Source: Pseudolabrys sp. (GTDB taxonomy: Bacteria > Pseudomonadota > Alphaproteobacteria > Rhizobiales > Xanthobacteraceae). Taken from it: DNA of 64,000 bases. The position numbers and the translations under genes were made by a program. The notes under the pieces were generated by a model. The model did no database searches and was not told where the DNA came from. It saw nothing but the letters and a program-made list of their open reading frames with translations. Positions 1 to 10,574 of the stretch are shown in pieces; positions within the stretch are counted from its first letter, which is position 1; the number at the start of each line of letters is the position of its first letter. The stretch spans positions 26,505 to 90,504 of the forward strand of contig DATAPP010000177.1 of NCBI GenBank assembly GCA_036265125.1, in the 5' to 3' direction.

Positions 1-7
1 GGGACAT
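1..7 (-). CDS. Start of a divergent gene running off the left edge (partial)
   Basis: Reverse strand reads GAGGAG-ttgtcac-ATG TCC C; strong RBS at normal spacing; only two codons visible. Confidence 0.45.
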
Positions 8-151
8 GTGACAACTCCTCTGATGGGCAGACACGGTGCCGCGGCTCGTACCCGTTTTTTTAAGGGTAACTTTACCACTAGGAAAGTCAATTGAACGCGC
101 GGCTGGAGGTGGCTATTGTTGCGCGGCCGCCCGGACCTCGATGGAAGAAAA

Positions 152-835
152 ATGCCGAAACCCAGAAAAAAGACCGTGCCGAACTCTGGGCGCGCCCATT
201 TGACACCACGCGCCAAGAGCAATCCCAGGAATGGACGCCAGCACGCACGGGAAGGCGCGCAAGTGCTGGATCTTTCGCGCTATGCGATAGGGACGCGCTT
301 GCGCCATGCACGGTTGATGCGCGGCTCGCGATTGAAGGACGTTGCGGACGCGGCCGGCTGTTCTGAAAGCCTTGTCTCAAAGATCGAAAACAACAAGATC
401 GAGCCATCATTGCAGGTGCTGCACAAACTCTGCACGGTCCTGAAAATAGGGCTTGGCGAGCTCTTCACCCGGCAGGAAGAAGACGCTCCGGTTGTAACGC
501 GTGCCGACCAGCGATCAAGAATTGAGATGGACCCCATGCGGCGCGGGAATGGCATCCTGATGGAGCGCGTGATCCCTTACGCGAAGGGACACTTGCTTCA
601 GAGCAATATCCACGTCATCGCTCCGGGTGGGTCGAGTTTTGGCCTGATCTCGCACGAGGGCGAAGAGGTCGGTTACGTCATTGCCGGCGAGATCGAGCTT
701 TTCCTCGGCGACAAGGCCTATCAGCTTTCGGCCGGCGACACGTTCTGTTTCCGGTCGGAAGTCGGTCACGGCTACCGGAACCGTGGGAAGAGCGAGGCGC
801 GCATCCTGTTCGTGAACACGCCACCGACCTTCTAG
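152..835 (+). CDS. XRE-family HTH + cupin transcriptional regulator (PuuR/SutR-like)
   Basis: IGTRLRHARLMRGSRLKDVADAAGCSESLVSKIENNKIEPSL HTH; C-terminal cupin SHEGEEVGYVIAGEIEL...GHGYRN; ATG at 152 preferred over ORF start 116. Confidence 0.9.
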   Translation: MPKPRKKTVPNSGRAHLTPRAKSNPRNGRQHAREGAQVLDLSRYAIGTRLRHARLMRGSRLKDVADAAGCSESLVSKIENNKIEPSLQVLHKLCTVLKIGLGELFTRQEEDAPVVTRADQRSRIEMDPMRRGNGILMERVIPYAKGHLLQSNIHVIAPGGSSFGLISHEGEEVGYVIAGEIELFLGDKAYQLSAGDTFCFRSEVGHGYRNRGKSEARILFVNTPPTF

Positions 836-848
836 AATTTCCCGTTGA

Positions 849-861
849 TCAAGTGACTTGA
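849..861. promoter_or_regulatory. Palindromic candidate operator TCAAGT-G-ACTTGA
   Basis: Perfect 6-bp inverted repeat in the 77-bp gap between the regulator and the first catabolic gene. Confidence 0.4.
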
Positions 862-912
862 ACTACGTTAGCGTGCCGTCCGCGATTGGACGGGCGTCGA
901 GGGAAGTAACGC

Positions 913-1815
913 ATGCTCAAGCTGCCTCACCACAAACGATACGATTTTCTGCCGATCACGAAGCGGAAGCATTACACATGGCCGGGCGGCAAAAGACTCG
1001 CGTTCTATGTCGCGCTCAACATCGAGCACTTTGCGTTTCAGGCGGGTCTCGGAATCGACCCCCACAACCGGACCGGCCCGCAGACGTCGCGCAACTACGC
1101 GTGGCGGGACTACGGAAATCGCGTCGGCAACTGGCGCTTCTTCGAGATTCTCGATGAGCTCAAGCTGCCGGCGTCGATCCTGCTGAATTCAGCGGTCTGT
1201 TACGAGTATCCGGAGATTGTCGAGAAGATCAAGCAACGCGGTGACGACGTGCTCGGCCACGGCCGGACCAATGCCGAGGTGCTGCGCGGCATGTGGGAGG
1301 ATGACGAGCGCCGCGTCATCCAGGAATGCGTCGACGTCATCACGAAACATGTGGGTGTCCCGCCGACCGGCTGGATGGGATCGGGTGCCGCTGAAACAAG
1401 CGTCACGCCCGATCTCCTCAAGGAATGCGGCTTCACGCATTTGCTGGACTGGCCGGTGGACGATCAGCCGATCTGGATGCGCACGCGTTCGGGCCCGCTG
1501 CTGTCGGTTCCCTATCCGATGGAGCTCAATGACGCCGGCACCCTGGCGCTCCGCGACCACACGGGGCGGCAGTTCGCGGATATGGTGGTCGATCAGTTCG
1601 AGGAATTGCTCGAGGCCTCGGAGAAGCAACCGCTTGTCTTTGCGCTGTCCCTGCACGGCTTCATTCTCGGGCAGCCCTTCCGGTTGAGGCCGTTGCGTCA
1701 GGCAATCAAGCACTGCATCCAGCACAAGCACGCGGACCAGATATGGTTCACGCGCGCCGGCGACATTTCGAAGTACTGTTACAGCATGGAGCCAGGGATC
1801 ATCCCTGGCAGTTGA
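913..1815 (+). CDS. Polysaccharide-deacetylase (CE4) family, PuuE/allantoinase-like hydrolase
   Basis: WPGGKRLAFYVALNIEHF, NYAWRDYGNRVG, GHG, P.GW, PY..ELND, LSLHGFILGQPFR motifs. Confidence 0.85.
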   Translation: MLKLPHHKRYDFLPITKRKHYTWPGGKRLAFYVALNIEHFAFQAGLGIDPHNRTGPQTSRNYAWRDYGNRVGNWRFFEILDELKLPASILLNSAVCYEYPEIVEKIKQRGDDVLGHGRTNAEVLRGMWEDDERRVIQECVDVITKHVGVPPTGWMGSGAAETSVTPDLLKECGFTHLLDWPVDDQPIWMRTRSGPLLSVPYPMELNDAGTLALRDHTGRQFADMVVDQFEELLEASEKQPLVFALSLHGFILGQPFRLRPLRQAIKHCIQHKHADQIWFTRAGDISKYCYSMEPGIIPGS

Positions 1816-1823
1816 GGCTTGCC

Positions 1824-2792
1824 ATGAATGTGAGCACCACAGCGAACGCGAAGACCAAACTTCTGCAAGCCACGCCGGAGACGGTGCACTGGGGCTATCT
1901 CGACGCCACGATCAAGCCCGCGCTCACCATCGATTCCGGCGAGCGGGTGACGATCGAGTGTGTCACCTGCAATCCCAAGTGGATGCCGGCGAAGGACAGC
2001 GGGTTCGACATCCTTCCCGACATCACCGAGATTCATCAGAAGGTGAAGAAGGGCTCCGGCAATCACATCTTCACCGGGCCGGTTTATGTCCGTGGCGCTG
2101 CAGTGGGCGACGTCCTCGAAGTCAATATCCTGGACATCAAGCTCCGGCAGAACTGGGGCTGGAATGTCTTTCGTGGCTACATGGGGACGATCCCGGAAGA
2201 CTTTCCCTACATGCGGCTGACGCACGTCCCGCTCGATCTCAAGGCGAACGTCGCGACCACAGCATCGGGCTACAAGATCCCGATTGCGCCGTTCTTCGGC
2301 CAGCTTGCGGTGGCGCCGGCCGCTGTGTTCGGGCGCCAGAACAGCAAGGAGCCGCGCGAATTCGGCGGCAATCTCGACTGCAAGGAATTGACTGCAGGGA
2401 GCACGATTTATCTTCCGGTGTGGAACGAGGGTGCTCTGTTTTCAACGGGCGATGGCCACGCGGCGCAGGGCGATGGCGAAGTCGATGGGACGGCGATCGA
2501 GACCGCGTTGACCGGCACATTCGAATTCAAGGTGCGAAAGGACCTTGGCTGGAAAATGCCGCGTGCGGAGACCGCAACCCATTTCATCACGTTCGGTCTC
2601 GACACCGATCTGGACGATGCGGCGCGCCAGGCGCTCAAGGAAATGATCGATTGGATCGTCAGCATGACCGGCATCCACAAGGATGAAGCCTACGCAATGT
2701 GCAGCTTCGCCGGCGACCTGCATGTGACGCAGACGGTGAACAACGTCAAAGGCGTGCATGCGATGATTCAGAAGAGTATCCTGAAGAAGTAG
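1824..2792 (+). CDS. Acetamidase/formamidase family protein
   Basis: TVHWGY, HIFTGPVYVRGA..GDVLEV, FGGNLDCKEL, GDGHAAQGDGEVDGTAIE; ATG at 1824. Confidence 0.92.
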   Translation: MNVSTTANAKTKLLQATPETVHWGYLDATIKPALTIDSGERVTIECVTCNPKWMPAKDSGFDILPDITEIHQKVKKGSGNHIFTGPVYVRGAAVGDVLEVNILDIKLRQNWGWNVFRGYMGTIPEDFPYMRLTHVPLDLKANVATTASGYKIPIAPFFGQLAVAPAAVFGRQNSKEPREFGGNLDCKELTAGSTIYLPVWNEGALFSTGDGHAAQGDGEVDGTAIETALTGTFEFKVRKDLGWKMPRAETATHFITFGLDTDLDDAARQALKEMIDWIVSMTGIHKDEAYAMCSFAGDLHVTQTVNNVKGVHAMIQKSILKK

Positions 2793-2851
2793 CGTGAGCG
2801 GGGGTGCCGGCCCGCAATTTGCATGGCCCGGAACGGTTCCCGTGATCTCTC

Positions 2852-3653
<802 letters not shown>

Positions 3654-3667
<14 letters not shown>

Positions 3668-4517
3668 TCGTCAAGACGCCGGGGTGAAGATCGTCGAGAC
3701 CGACGATCTTCCGGTTCTTGTGCGCCGGCCGAAGTTTTTCGACCGTAAGATCGTGCGTCAGGCGCTGCCTTGGGTCGTGATTGCAGGCATGTTCGTGCTG
3801 TGGGAACTGTGCGTTCGGATTTTCCAGATTCAGCAGTTCGTATTGCCGGCGCCGTCGGCGATCTTCGAGGCGCTGTGGCAATGGCGCGCGCCAATCCTGG
3901 AAAATTCGTGGCAAACGTTGATGACCACTCTGGTCGGATTCGCCTTCGCCATCGTGATCGGTGGAATCGGCGGGATCGCGCTTGGGTCCTCGCGGGCCAT
4001 CTATGACGGATTTTATCCGGCGCTGATCGCATTCAACTCCGTCCCGAAGGTTGCGGTTATTCCCGTGCTGGTCATTTGGTTTGGAATCGGCACGGTGCCT
4101 GCCGTGATCACCGCATTTTTGCTCTCGTTCTTTCCCATTCTCGTTAACGTCGCAACCGGGATCGCCACTGTCGAACCGGAATTGCGCGACGTTCTGAGGG
4201 CGCTCGGAGCGACGCGGCGCCAGGTGATCATGAAAGTCGGCCTGCCGAGAGCGATGCCGTATTTCTTCGCGTCACTGAAAATTGCGATGACGGTCGCCTT
4301 TGTCGGTTCGATTGTGGCCGAAACCGTCGCTGCGAATTCAGGTATTGGTTATCTGATGCTCGTCGCTTCGTCGCGTTTCGAGGTTCCGCTGGCATTCGCG
4401 GGACTGATCGTGACCGGCCTGATGGGCGTCGGGATGTATGTCGTTTGCGTTGCCATCGAACAGCGCATGACCGGATGGGCGACGCGAGGTTCCGAGGGAG
4501 TGACGTTTGGCAGCTAA
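3654..4517 (+). CDS. NitT/TauT-type ABC transporter permease
   Basis: Multiple hydrophobic segments; EAA-like loop LRDVLRALGATRRQVIMKVGLPRAMPYFF; overlaps the ATPase 3' end. Confidence 0.9.
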
Positions 4518-4541
4518 TGGTACGAAAAGGGAGCGTGAGAC

Positions 4542-4940
4542 GTGCAACTGCAACTCGACAATTACAAGGAGTTAAAGCTTCAGCTCGACGGCTTTCTCAA
4601 ACCCGGCGAGCAGCATAAGCGCAATGTTCTGCTCGATTCCGTTTATGCCTCTCTCCCAAAGGACCCGCAGGCCAAGGTCCTGGTCTTCAGTGCCGAAGTC
4701 GTGCCCGGTGGCTACACGAATTGGCACTGCCACAATGGAGCGACGTTCTTCGTTTGCACACAAGGACTGTTCGAGGCGCATTTTCAGGAAGGCACGCTCG
4801 TCAAGGCGAAGGCGGGGGACGTCTATTCCGAACCCATCGCGAAATTCCATCGTGGTCACAACCCTCATCCCGAGCTCGTCTATTCCTGCATCGGGCTGTG
4901 CCTCACACCTCCTGATCGCGACCACATCACAACCGTGTAG
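4542..4940 (+). CDS. Small cupin-domain protein
   Basis: Cupin motif 1 PGGYTNWHCHNGATFF and motif 2 EP..KFHRGHN; RBS GGGAG before GTG. Confidence 0.75.
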   Translation: MQLQLDNYKELKLQLDGFLKPGEQHKRNVLLDSVYASLPKDPQAKVLVFSAEVVPGGYTNWHCHNGATFFVCTQGLFEAHFQEGTLVKAKAGDVYSEPIAKFHRGHNPHPELVYSCIGLCLTPPDRDHITTV

Positions 4941-4986
4941 GAGCGGCCGTGGTGAGCGCTTGCGCCACAAAGGCCGCAATCATCCA

Positions 4987-5676
4987 ATGGCAGCACCAGT
5001 TACCCTTCCTGTGGTAGGAGATGACGCTCCGTTTAACGTGCGTCGAATCTATTGCGTCGGAAGGAATTATCTCGATCACATCCGCGAGATGAAGGAAGCG
5101 GATGAGCGCGATCCACCCTTCTTTTTTCAGAAGCCCACCGACGCAATCGTTCAGAACGGCGCGTTGGTGCCTTATCCCGCTGCAACGAACGATTTTCAGT
5201 TCGAGGTCGAGCTTGTGGCCGCCATCGGGCGCGGAGGCTCGGACATTCCGGTCGAGGCTTCCGAGACGCATATCTTCGGGTACGCGATCGGGGTCGATCT
5301 CACGCGGCGCGACCTGCAGCGCGACGCTGCCAAGCGCGGTCTGCCCTGGGAGATGGGAAAATCATTCGATCACTCGGCGCCGTGCGGTCCCATTCACCGA
5401 ATTGAGACAACGGGCAAAATTCGCAAGGGCGCGATCAGCCTGTCCGTCAACGGGACGGTGCGGCAGAGTGGCGATATTGGCCGGATGATATGGAACGTGC
5501 CCGAAATCATCGCCCAGCTCTCGAGCCAGTATGAACTGTGCCCCGGCGACATCATTCTTACAGGCACGCCGGCCGGCGTTGGCCCGCTCGTGCCCGGAGA
5601 CGTGGTTGAATGTTCGATCGAGGGACTGGGTACGTTTAGCATCCGGATAGGGCCGAAGCTGCGGGCTCGAACGTAA
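4987..5676 (+). CDS. Fumarylacetoacetate-hydrolase family protein (fumarylpyruvate hydrolase/YcgM-like)
   Basis: IYCVGRNY, PFFFQKP, FEVEL, GVDLTRRDLQ, GKSFD, ILTGTPAGVG; real start MAAPVTLP at 4987. Confidence 0.92.
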   Translation: MAAPVTLPVVGDDAPFNVRRIYCVGRNYLDHIREMKEADERDPPFFFQKPTDAIVQNGALVPYPAATNDFQFEVELVAAIGRGGSDIPVEASETHIFGYAIGVDLTRRDLQRDAAKRGLPWEMGKSFDHSAPCGPIHRIETTGKIRKGAISLSVNGTVRQSGDIGRMIWNVPEIIAQLSSQYELCPGDIILTGTPAGVGPLVPGDVVECSIEGLGTFSIRIGPKLRART

Positions 5677-5697
5677 GACAGCCGACCTTGCGTGTTT

Positions 5698-6669
5698 CTA
5701 CAGCTTGAGATCGGCGGCCTGGATCGCGGTGGCCCACTGATTGATGTCCTCCGCAATCGTTGCCTTGAATTCTTCCGGCGTCGATCCGATCGCATCCACG
5801 CCATAGTTTTCAAGCGTGCGAAGAATCTTCTCGTCCTTGAGAGCGGCTTTCACCTCCTTGACGAGAAGCTGGATGATCGCATCCGGTGTCTTGGCGGGAG
5901 CGATCAACCCGTTCCAGGTCTCTGACCGGAAACCCTCGAAGCCGCTTTCCGCAACCGTCGGCACGTCCGGCAGTCTTGCCGCGCGCTTTGCGCCCGATAC
6001 GGCAAGCGGACGTAGCGCGCCTCCCGCGTGTGGCAGCGCTTCGGACAAATTTCCGAAATAGACCGGCGCCTGATTGCCGATAACATCGGCGATGGCCGGG
6101 CCGCCGCCCTTGTAGGGCACATGAACCATGTCGAGTTGCGCCCGCTGGCAGAGCAGGACCATCGTCAGATGGCTGAGACTGCCGCTGCCGCCGGACGCAT
6201 AGACCACCTTGCCCGGGCGCGCCTTCACGTAGGCGACAAAATCCTTGAATGTCTTCGGCTCGAACTGGGGATTGGCGACCAGGCAGAACGGATTGCTGGC
6301 CACATTGCTGATCGGGGCGAAGTCGCTGACGGGGTTGTAGCTGGTTTTCCTCATTGTCGGCAGGATGGCGATCTGCGGCAGTGCGGCCATCATCAGGTTG
6401 TAGCCATCGGGCTCCGCACGCGCGATGGCCTCGGCTGCAATGATGCCGCCTCCGCCGACGCGATTTTCGACGATGAACGTCTCGCCCAGCTTTTCGGTGA
6501 GATACTGAGCGATCAGTCGTGCAATCCCGTCCGTGTTGCCGCCGGCAGCGAATGGCACGGCAATCTTGACCGGACGCTGCGGCCATTTGTCGGCCGCAAG
6601 CGCCTTGAGCGACGACGCGGCCAGCGCACCGGCAGCCAATGATTTCAGGACCATTCTTCGCGTTGTCAT
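5698..6669 (-). CDS. Bug/TctC tripartite tricarboxylate transporter substrate-binding protein
   Basis: Tat-like TRRMVLK signal; PFAAGGNTDGIAR, VENRVGGGG, HVPYKGGGPA, LPDVPTVAESG. Confidence 0.93.
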   Translation of the reverse strand: MTTRRMVLKSLAAGALAASSLKALAADKWPQRPVKIAVPFAAGGNTDGIARLIAQYLTEKLGETFIVENRVGGGGIIAAEAIARAEPDGYNLMMAALPQIAILPTMRKTSYNPVSDFAPISNVASNPFCLVANPQFEPKTFKDFVAYVKARPGKVVYASGGSGSLSHLTMVLLCQRAQLDMVHVPYKGGGPAIADVIGNQAPVYFGNLSEALPHAGGALRPLAVSGAKRAARLPDVPTVAESGFEGFRSETWNGLIAPAKTPDAIIQLLVKEVKAALKDEKILRTLENYGVDAIGSTPEEFKATIAEDINQWATAIQAADLKL

Positions 6670-6735
6670 TTCTGTAACTCCAGCTTCTCTGGTGACCGGC
6701 CAATCATTGGTCGCGACGCGCTGTTGCGTGCTTCA

Positions 6736-7929
6736 TCAGTTGATGTTCTCCGCGGCCTGCAGGCCCTCGAACATCGACGTCCGCATCAGGAAGGCACGGG
6801 AGCGCCCGCGGTCGGCCGCAATCGCGCGCATCTCGTCGAGACGATCGCGCCGCCGTGCCGGGTCCTTTTCCTCCAGGACGCGCTTGTTCTGGATTGTCAT
6901 CGACTGGAGAAATTCATTGGCGACAAAGCGCCGCTGCCGGTCATACAGGTCGAGCAGACTATCAGGCTCGCCGGCGAGTACACGCGCGAGCTTCCCGGCC
7001 AGGCTGACCGCATCGTGAATGCCAAAATTCATGCCCATGCCGCCGAGTGGATTGTTGACGTGCGCGGCGTCGCCCGCCAGCAGGACGCGATCGCGGCGGT
7101 AAGCCGTCGCGACCCGTTGATGTACGGTGTACAGATTGGTGTGCAGGATCCGATGCGGCGTGGGCTGCGGGATGAACGCCTGCACCCGGCGACCCGCATC
7201 GCCGTGATCGAGCAGTTGATCAGCGTCAGCCTCCGCCACGGTCGGGAAAACGACTCGCCACACACCGGGCGGGCCCGATCCGGGCACCTTGAATGTGGCG
7301 CACCACTCGTTTGGGTCGGACACGTAAGCGCTGTAGGCAAAACCACGCGTTTCCAGATCGGTCGCTGTGGTGATGACAAGAAAGCGCTCCGGATAGGTGA
7401 ACCCTTCGAAACCGATATCCTGGGACTTCCGGACCACGCTGCGGCCGCCGTCGGCGCCGATCACGTAACTGCCCTCATAGATCGATCCATCCGCCGTCGT
7501 GACCGTTGTACCGGTCGCGTTTTGCGACACCGCCGTGACAGTCGCGCCATAGTGCAACTGGAATTTCGGATTTCCCGACAGCTTCTCGGCGAGGATCGCG
7601 ACCAGTTTGTGCTGCTCGCACTGAAGCCGATAGGGATAAGGCGTAATATCGGCGAGCACGCCGAGATCGAACGCAGCAACCACGCCTTCGTCACGGCCAC
7701 GAAACTGCCATTGCGGGCAGACGATCCCAAGTTCGTGCAGCCGGTCGGTGACCCCGCTTGGCGCGAACATCTCCATGGTCGGCGGATGAAACGTCGCGGC
7801 GCGCGGATCTTCGTATGGTTCCGTGCGGCCTTCCAGTACGGTGACTGACACTCCGGCCGAAACGAGGAACAGAGCCGCGGTCAATCCGGACGGCCCGGCC
7901 CCAACAATGATGACGCGGGTGTCAGGCAT
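6736..7929 (-). CDS. FAD-dependent monooxygenase (PheA/TfdB/MhpA-like, class A)
   Basis: GAGPSG, IGADGGRSVVRK, RVLLAGDAAHVNNPLGGMGMNFGIHDA; real start MPDTRVIIVG at 7929. Confidence 0.92.
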   Translation of the reverse strand: MPDTRVIIVGAGPSGLTAALFLVSAGVSVTVLEGRTEPYEDPRAATFHPPTMEMFAPSGVTDRLHELGIVCPQWQFRGRDEGVVAAFDLGVLADITPYPYRLQCEQHKLVAILAEKLSGNPKFQLHYGATVTAVSQNATGTTVTTADGSIYEGSYVIGADGGRSVVRKSQDIGFEGFTYPERFLVITTATDLETRGFAYSAYVSDPNEWCATFKVPGSGPPGVWRVVFPTVAEADADQLLDHGDAGRRVQAFIPQPTPHRILHTNLYTVHQRVATAYRRDRVLLAGDAAHVNNPLGGMGMNFGIHDAVSLAGKLARVLAGEPDSLLDLYDRQRRFVANEFLQSMTIQNKRVLEEKDPARRRDRLDEMRAIAADRGRSRAFLMRTSMFEGLQAAENIN

Positions 7930-7937
7930 GAAACGGC

Positions 7938-8681
7938 CTAGAACTCCTCGAGGACGCGGCCGTGACCAAAAACGTGGTCCTTTATACCGCTGCGGCGCAA
8001 CGCGTCCCAATAGGTCACGACATTCATCGCCAGCACGGGTTTCTCCAGCCATCGCTCGGCTTCGGCAGCTACCGCGCCATTCGCAAGGTTTGTGCCAACC
8101 TGCAGAATGGCGTCGATGTCGTCACCATCGATGTCGCGCAATGTCTTTCGCAGCGTCGCCGGCGCAATCTCTGCAATTGCGCGCGGTGACGCGCACTTGA
8201 GTCCGATCAGCCGCACGATCTCGAAGCCCGCTTCCGTGAGGTAGGCGCGCACGGTCTCATCGCCCTTTGGCTGATGCGGCGTGAGCACCGCGATCCGCGC
8301 GGCCTTGAACGAACGCAGTGCGGCAACCGCCGCTGTCGAGCCCATCGACACGCCGACACCGGCGCGTTCGGCAAGCTCCTTCTGCAATGCATCGGCTCCC
8401 GCGACGCCACCGGTGAAAGCCTCGATCGCAACCCCCATGATGACGTGATCGGGAGCACAGGTCATAACCTGATCGATCGCCGGTCCGATGCCGTCCCGCA
8501 TCGCCTGGACGTGAGACAGATATCCCTGATCGCTAGACTGGATAGGGCGGTCCTGAATCGTGAGACGCGCGACGTGATTGGTTACACCGGGCGGGCGCAG
8601 CGCTTCGCTCTCGGGCCCGACAACGGTATTGGTCGATGGGACGACGATCCCGATCTTCTTGCGATAACCAAGTGCATCCAC
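7938..8681 (-). CDS. Asp/Glu racemase / maleate isomerase / arylmalonate decarboxylase superfamily protein
   Basis: KIGIVVPSTNTVVGPE, RIAVLTP, D.DAILQVGTNL, PVLAMN; canonical catalytic Cys positions read MGVA and VGTN. Confidence 0.85.
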   Translation of the reverse strand: MDALGYRKKIGIVVPSTNTVVGPESEALRPPGVTNHVARLTIQDRPIQSSDQGYLSHVQAMRDGIGPAIDQVMTCAPDHVIMGVAIEAFTGGVAGADALQKELAERAGVGVSMGSTAAVAALRSFKAARIAVLTPHQPKGDETVRAYLTEAGFEIVRLIGLKCASPRAIAEIAPATLRKTLRDIDGDDIDAILQVGTNLANGAVAAEAERWLEKPVLAMNVVTYWDALRRSGIKDHVFGHGRVLEEF

Positions 8682-8714
8682 GTCGAAACTCCCAGGTCAA
8701 AACAAGGCCGCTGC

Positions 8715-10541
8715 TTATCGCCGCGATTTTTTGTTGGGGGAAGACTTACGCTTTGACGTCTTGCCTCGCTTCGGCTTTTGCGTATTGGCACTCGCCGCGC
8801 GCGGAATGATCGGTAACAGCACGTAATTCTCTTGTCCGCCGCCGAGATGAATCGTCGTCTTCCCGCCGTAGATTTCCAGCGGCCTGTCGCGCGGGTCGTC
8901 ATGCAGGAAGGGCCCGTTGCCGGTGAATTCGTTCTTCATGTTGGAAAGGCGGCCGCCCGATCCACCGGGATAGACATAGTCACGGCCGCGGATGCTCAGC
9001 GCAACGCGATAGTTCTTCGGCACGACGATGCAGGTCGGGATGACCTCGATATCAAGCTCGTAAACCTCTCCCGGCTTGAGCGGCTGCTTTTCGTCATGGG
9101 TGTGGTAGGGCCGGAACGGCCGCGACAGATTCCTGTCAAGCTTGCGGTGTGATGCGCGCAGCCAGCCTTGCCCGACGGGCGTGTGCGGGTCGAGCGCACC
9201 CTGAAACACAACTTCCTTCATGTCGGGCGAAAATACGCGCAGCACGAGAAAAAGGTCGACATCGCTGGTCGACGATGAAACGTGCAGCTTGGCGGCCACG
9301 GGCCCGGTAATCTCGGTGTCCTTCTCCATGGGCTCGGTCAGGAACGTAACGCCGTCGCCCATTGCGTCGAAGATGACCTTTGCAGATTCGCCGGGAGCGA
9401 TCGCGGCCAGTTTCTGCGCGTCCGCGGCCAAATGGAATTTCGTCCATTGAGTGCGCGGGAGCGGCCAATCATCTTCGTGGCGGATGACGAATTTTTCACC
9501 CGGGTGGCGGATGTTGAGCTGAACGCGCGGCTGTTTGTCCCAACCATTGCGCTCGCCTTTCAGGAAATAGCCGAAGAATTTCTTCTGCAGGCCGACCCCG
9601 TAGTCGGTGTAGTAATGTGTCCAATGCTCGATGCCATGCACTTCGAGCCATTTCTGTTTCGACGCCGACCGGTAAAAGCCCTCGAAATTGCCGCGCGGAT
9701 GAAGCGGCTGTCCGCCCCAGTTCGCAGCGGAAAGCATGGGCACCTTCACTTTCGACCAGTCCGGCCGCATCGCCTTGTAGAAATCGTCGTCGAGAGGATG
9801 AGCGAAATAGGTCCTGCCGAGGTCGTAGCGATTGGCGCCCATCTGCTCGGCGGTGAGCGTTTCGGGTCCTGACACCCAGTCGCCGTTCATGCGGCTGCGG
9901 TGACCCTTGGTGCCGAGCCCGTACTGCACGGTCTTGACCTGCATGTCGTACCAGTTCTGCGCAAACGTGTTGTAGATGCCGCCGTTGTGGCTGAGCTCGC
10001 GATAGAAATCGGCAAAGCCCTCCCAGACACAGATGGCGGCAAGGTGCTTCGGCTGCATGGCCGCCGCCTGCCATTGGTTGATCGCGTAGTAGGAGATCCC
10101 GCTCAGCCCGACTTTGCCGTTCGACCACGGCTGGACGCCCGCCCATTCGATGCAATTGCAGAAATCCCTGGTTTCGCGCGGTGACCAGTGCTCGACATAA
10201 CCCGGTGAACGGCCGCATCCGCGTGAATCGACGCGCACACACACATAACCGTCCGGCACCCATTTTTCCGGGTCGCAGACTTCCCAGCTCTGATACTTGT
10301 TGGTCGATCCGGCCATCACATCCGGCTGTTTTTCCTCCATGCGCTTCCATGCGGTTTTGTAGCCGTCTTCGAAGTGCAGCCACTTGCCGTACGGACCGTA
10401 GCTCAGGATGACCGGATAGCGTCCTTTCTTGACCGGCCGGAATACGTCACAACGCAGTACAATACCGTCGTCCATCGTGATCGGCATGTCCCAATCGATC
10501 TGCATGCCGTCGCGGACCTCACTGACTTCACGATAACTCAT
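8715..10541 (-). CDS. CocE/NonD family serine hydrolase (copy 2)
   Basis: YPVILSYGPYGK, RVDSRGCGRSPG, WSNGKVGLSGISYYA nucleophile elbow, C-terminal PepX_C-like domain; basic C-terminal tail. Confidence 0.92.
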   Translation of the reverse strand: MSYREVSEVRDGMQIDWDMPITMDDGIVLRCDVFRPVKKGRYPVILSYGPYGKWLHFEDGYKTAWKRMEEKQPDVMAGSTNKYQSWEVCDPEKWVPDGYVCVRVDSRGCGRSPGYVEHWSPRETRDFCNCIEWAGVQPWSNGKVGLSGISYYAINQWQAAAMQPKHLAAICVWEGFADFYRELSHNGGIYNTFAQNWYDMQVKTVQYGLGTKGHRSRMNGDWVSGPETLTAEQMGANRYDLGRTYFAHPLDDDFYKAMRPDWSKVKVPMLSAANWGGQPLHPRGNFEGFYRSASKQKWLEVHGIEHWTHYYTDYGVGLQKKFFGYFLKGERNGWDKQPRVQLNIRHPGEKFVIRHEDDWPLPRTQWTKFHLAADAQKLAAIAPGESAKVIFDAMGDGVTFLTEPMEKDTEITGPVAAKLHVSSSTSDVDLFLVLRVFSPDMKEVVFQGALDPHTPVGQGWLRASHRKLDRNLSRPFRPYHTHDEKQPLKPGEVYELDIEVIPTCIVVPKNYRVALSIRGRDYVYPGGSGGRLSNMKNEFTGNGPFLHDDPRDRPLEIYGGKTTIHLGGGQENYVLLPIIPRAASANTQKPKRGKTSKRKSSPNKKSRR

Positions 10542-10574
10542 GATCTCTCGCTCCTGAGGGATGGCCTGACGGCG

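Noticed and set aside
4624-4986. Apparent 121-aa N-terminal extension of the FAH protein (possible fusion or frameshift with the cupin)
   Set aside because: The extension is an alternative frame of the cupin gene; FAH homology starts at ATG 4987.
6724-7848. 374-aa plus-strand ORF
   Set aside because: Shadow of the flavin monooxygenase.
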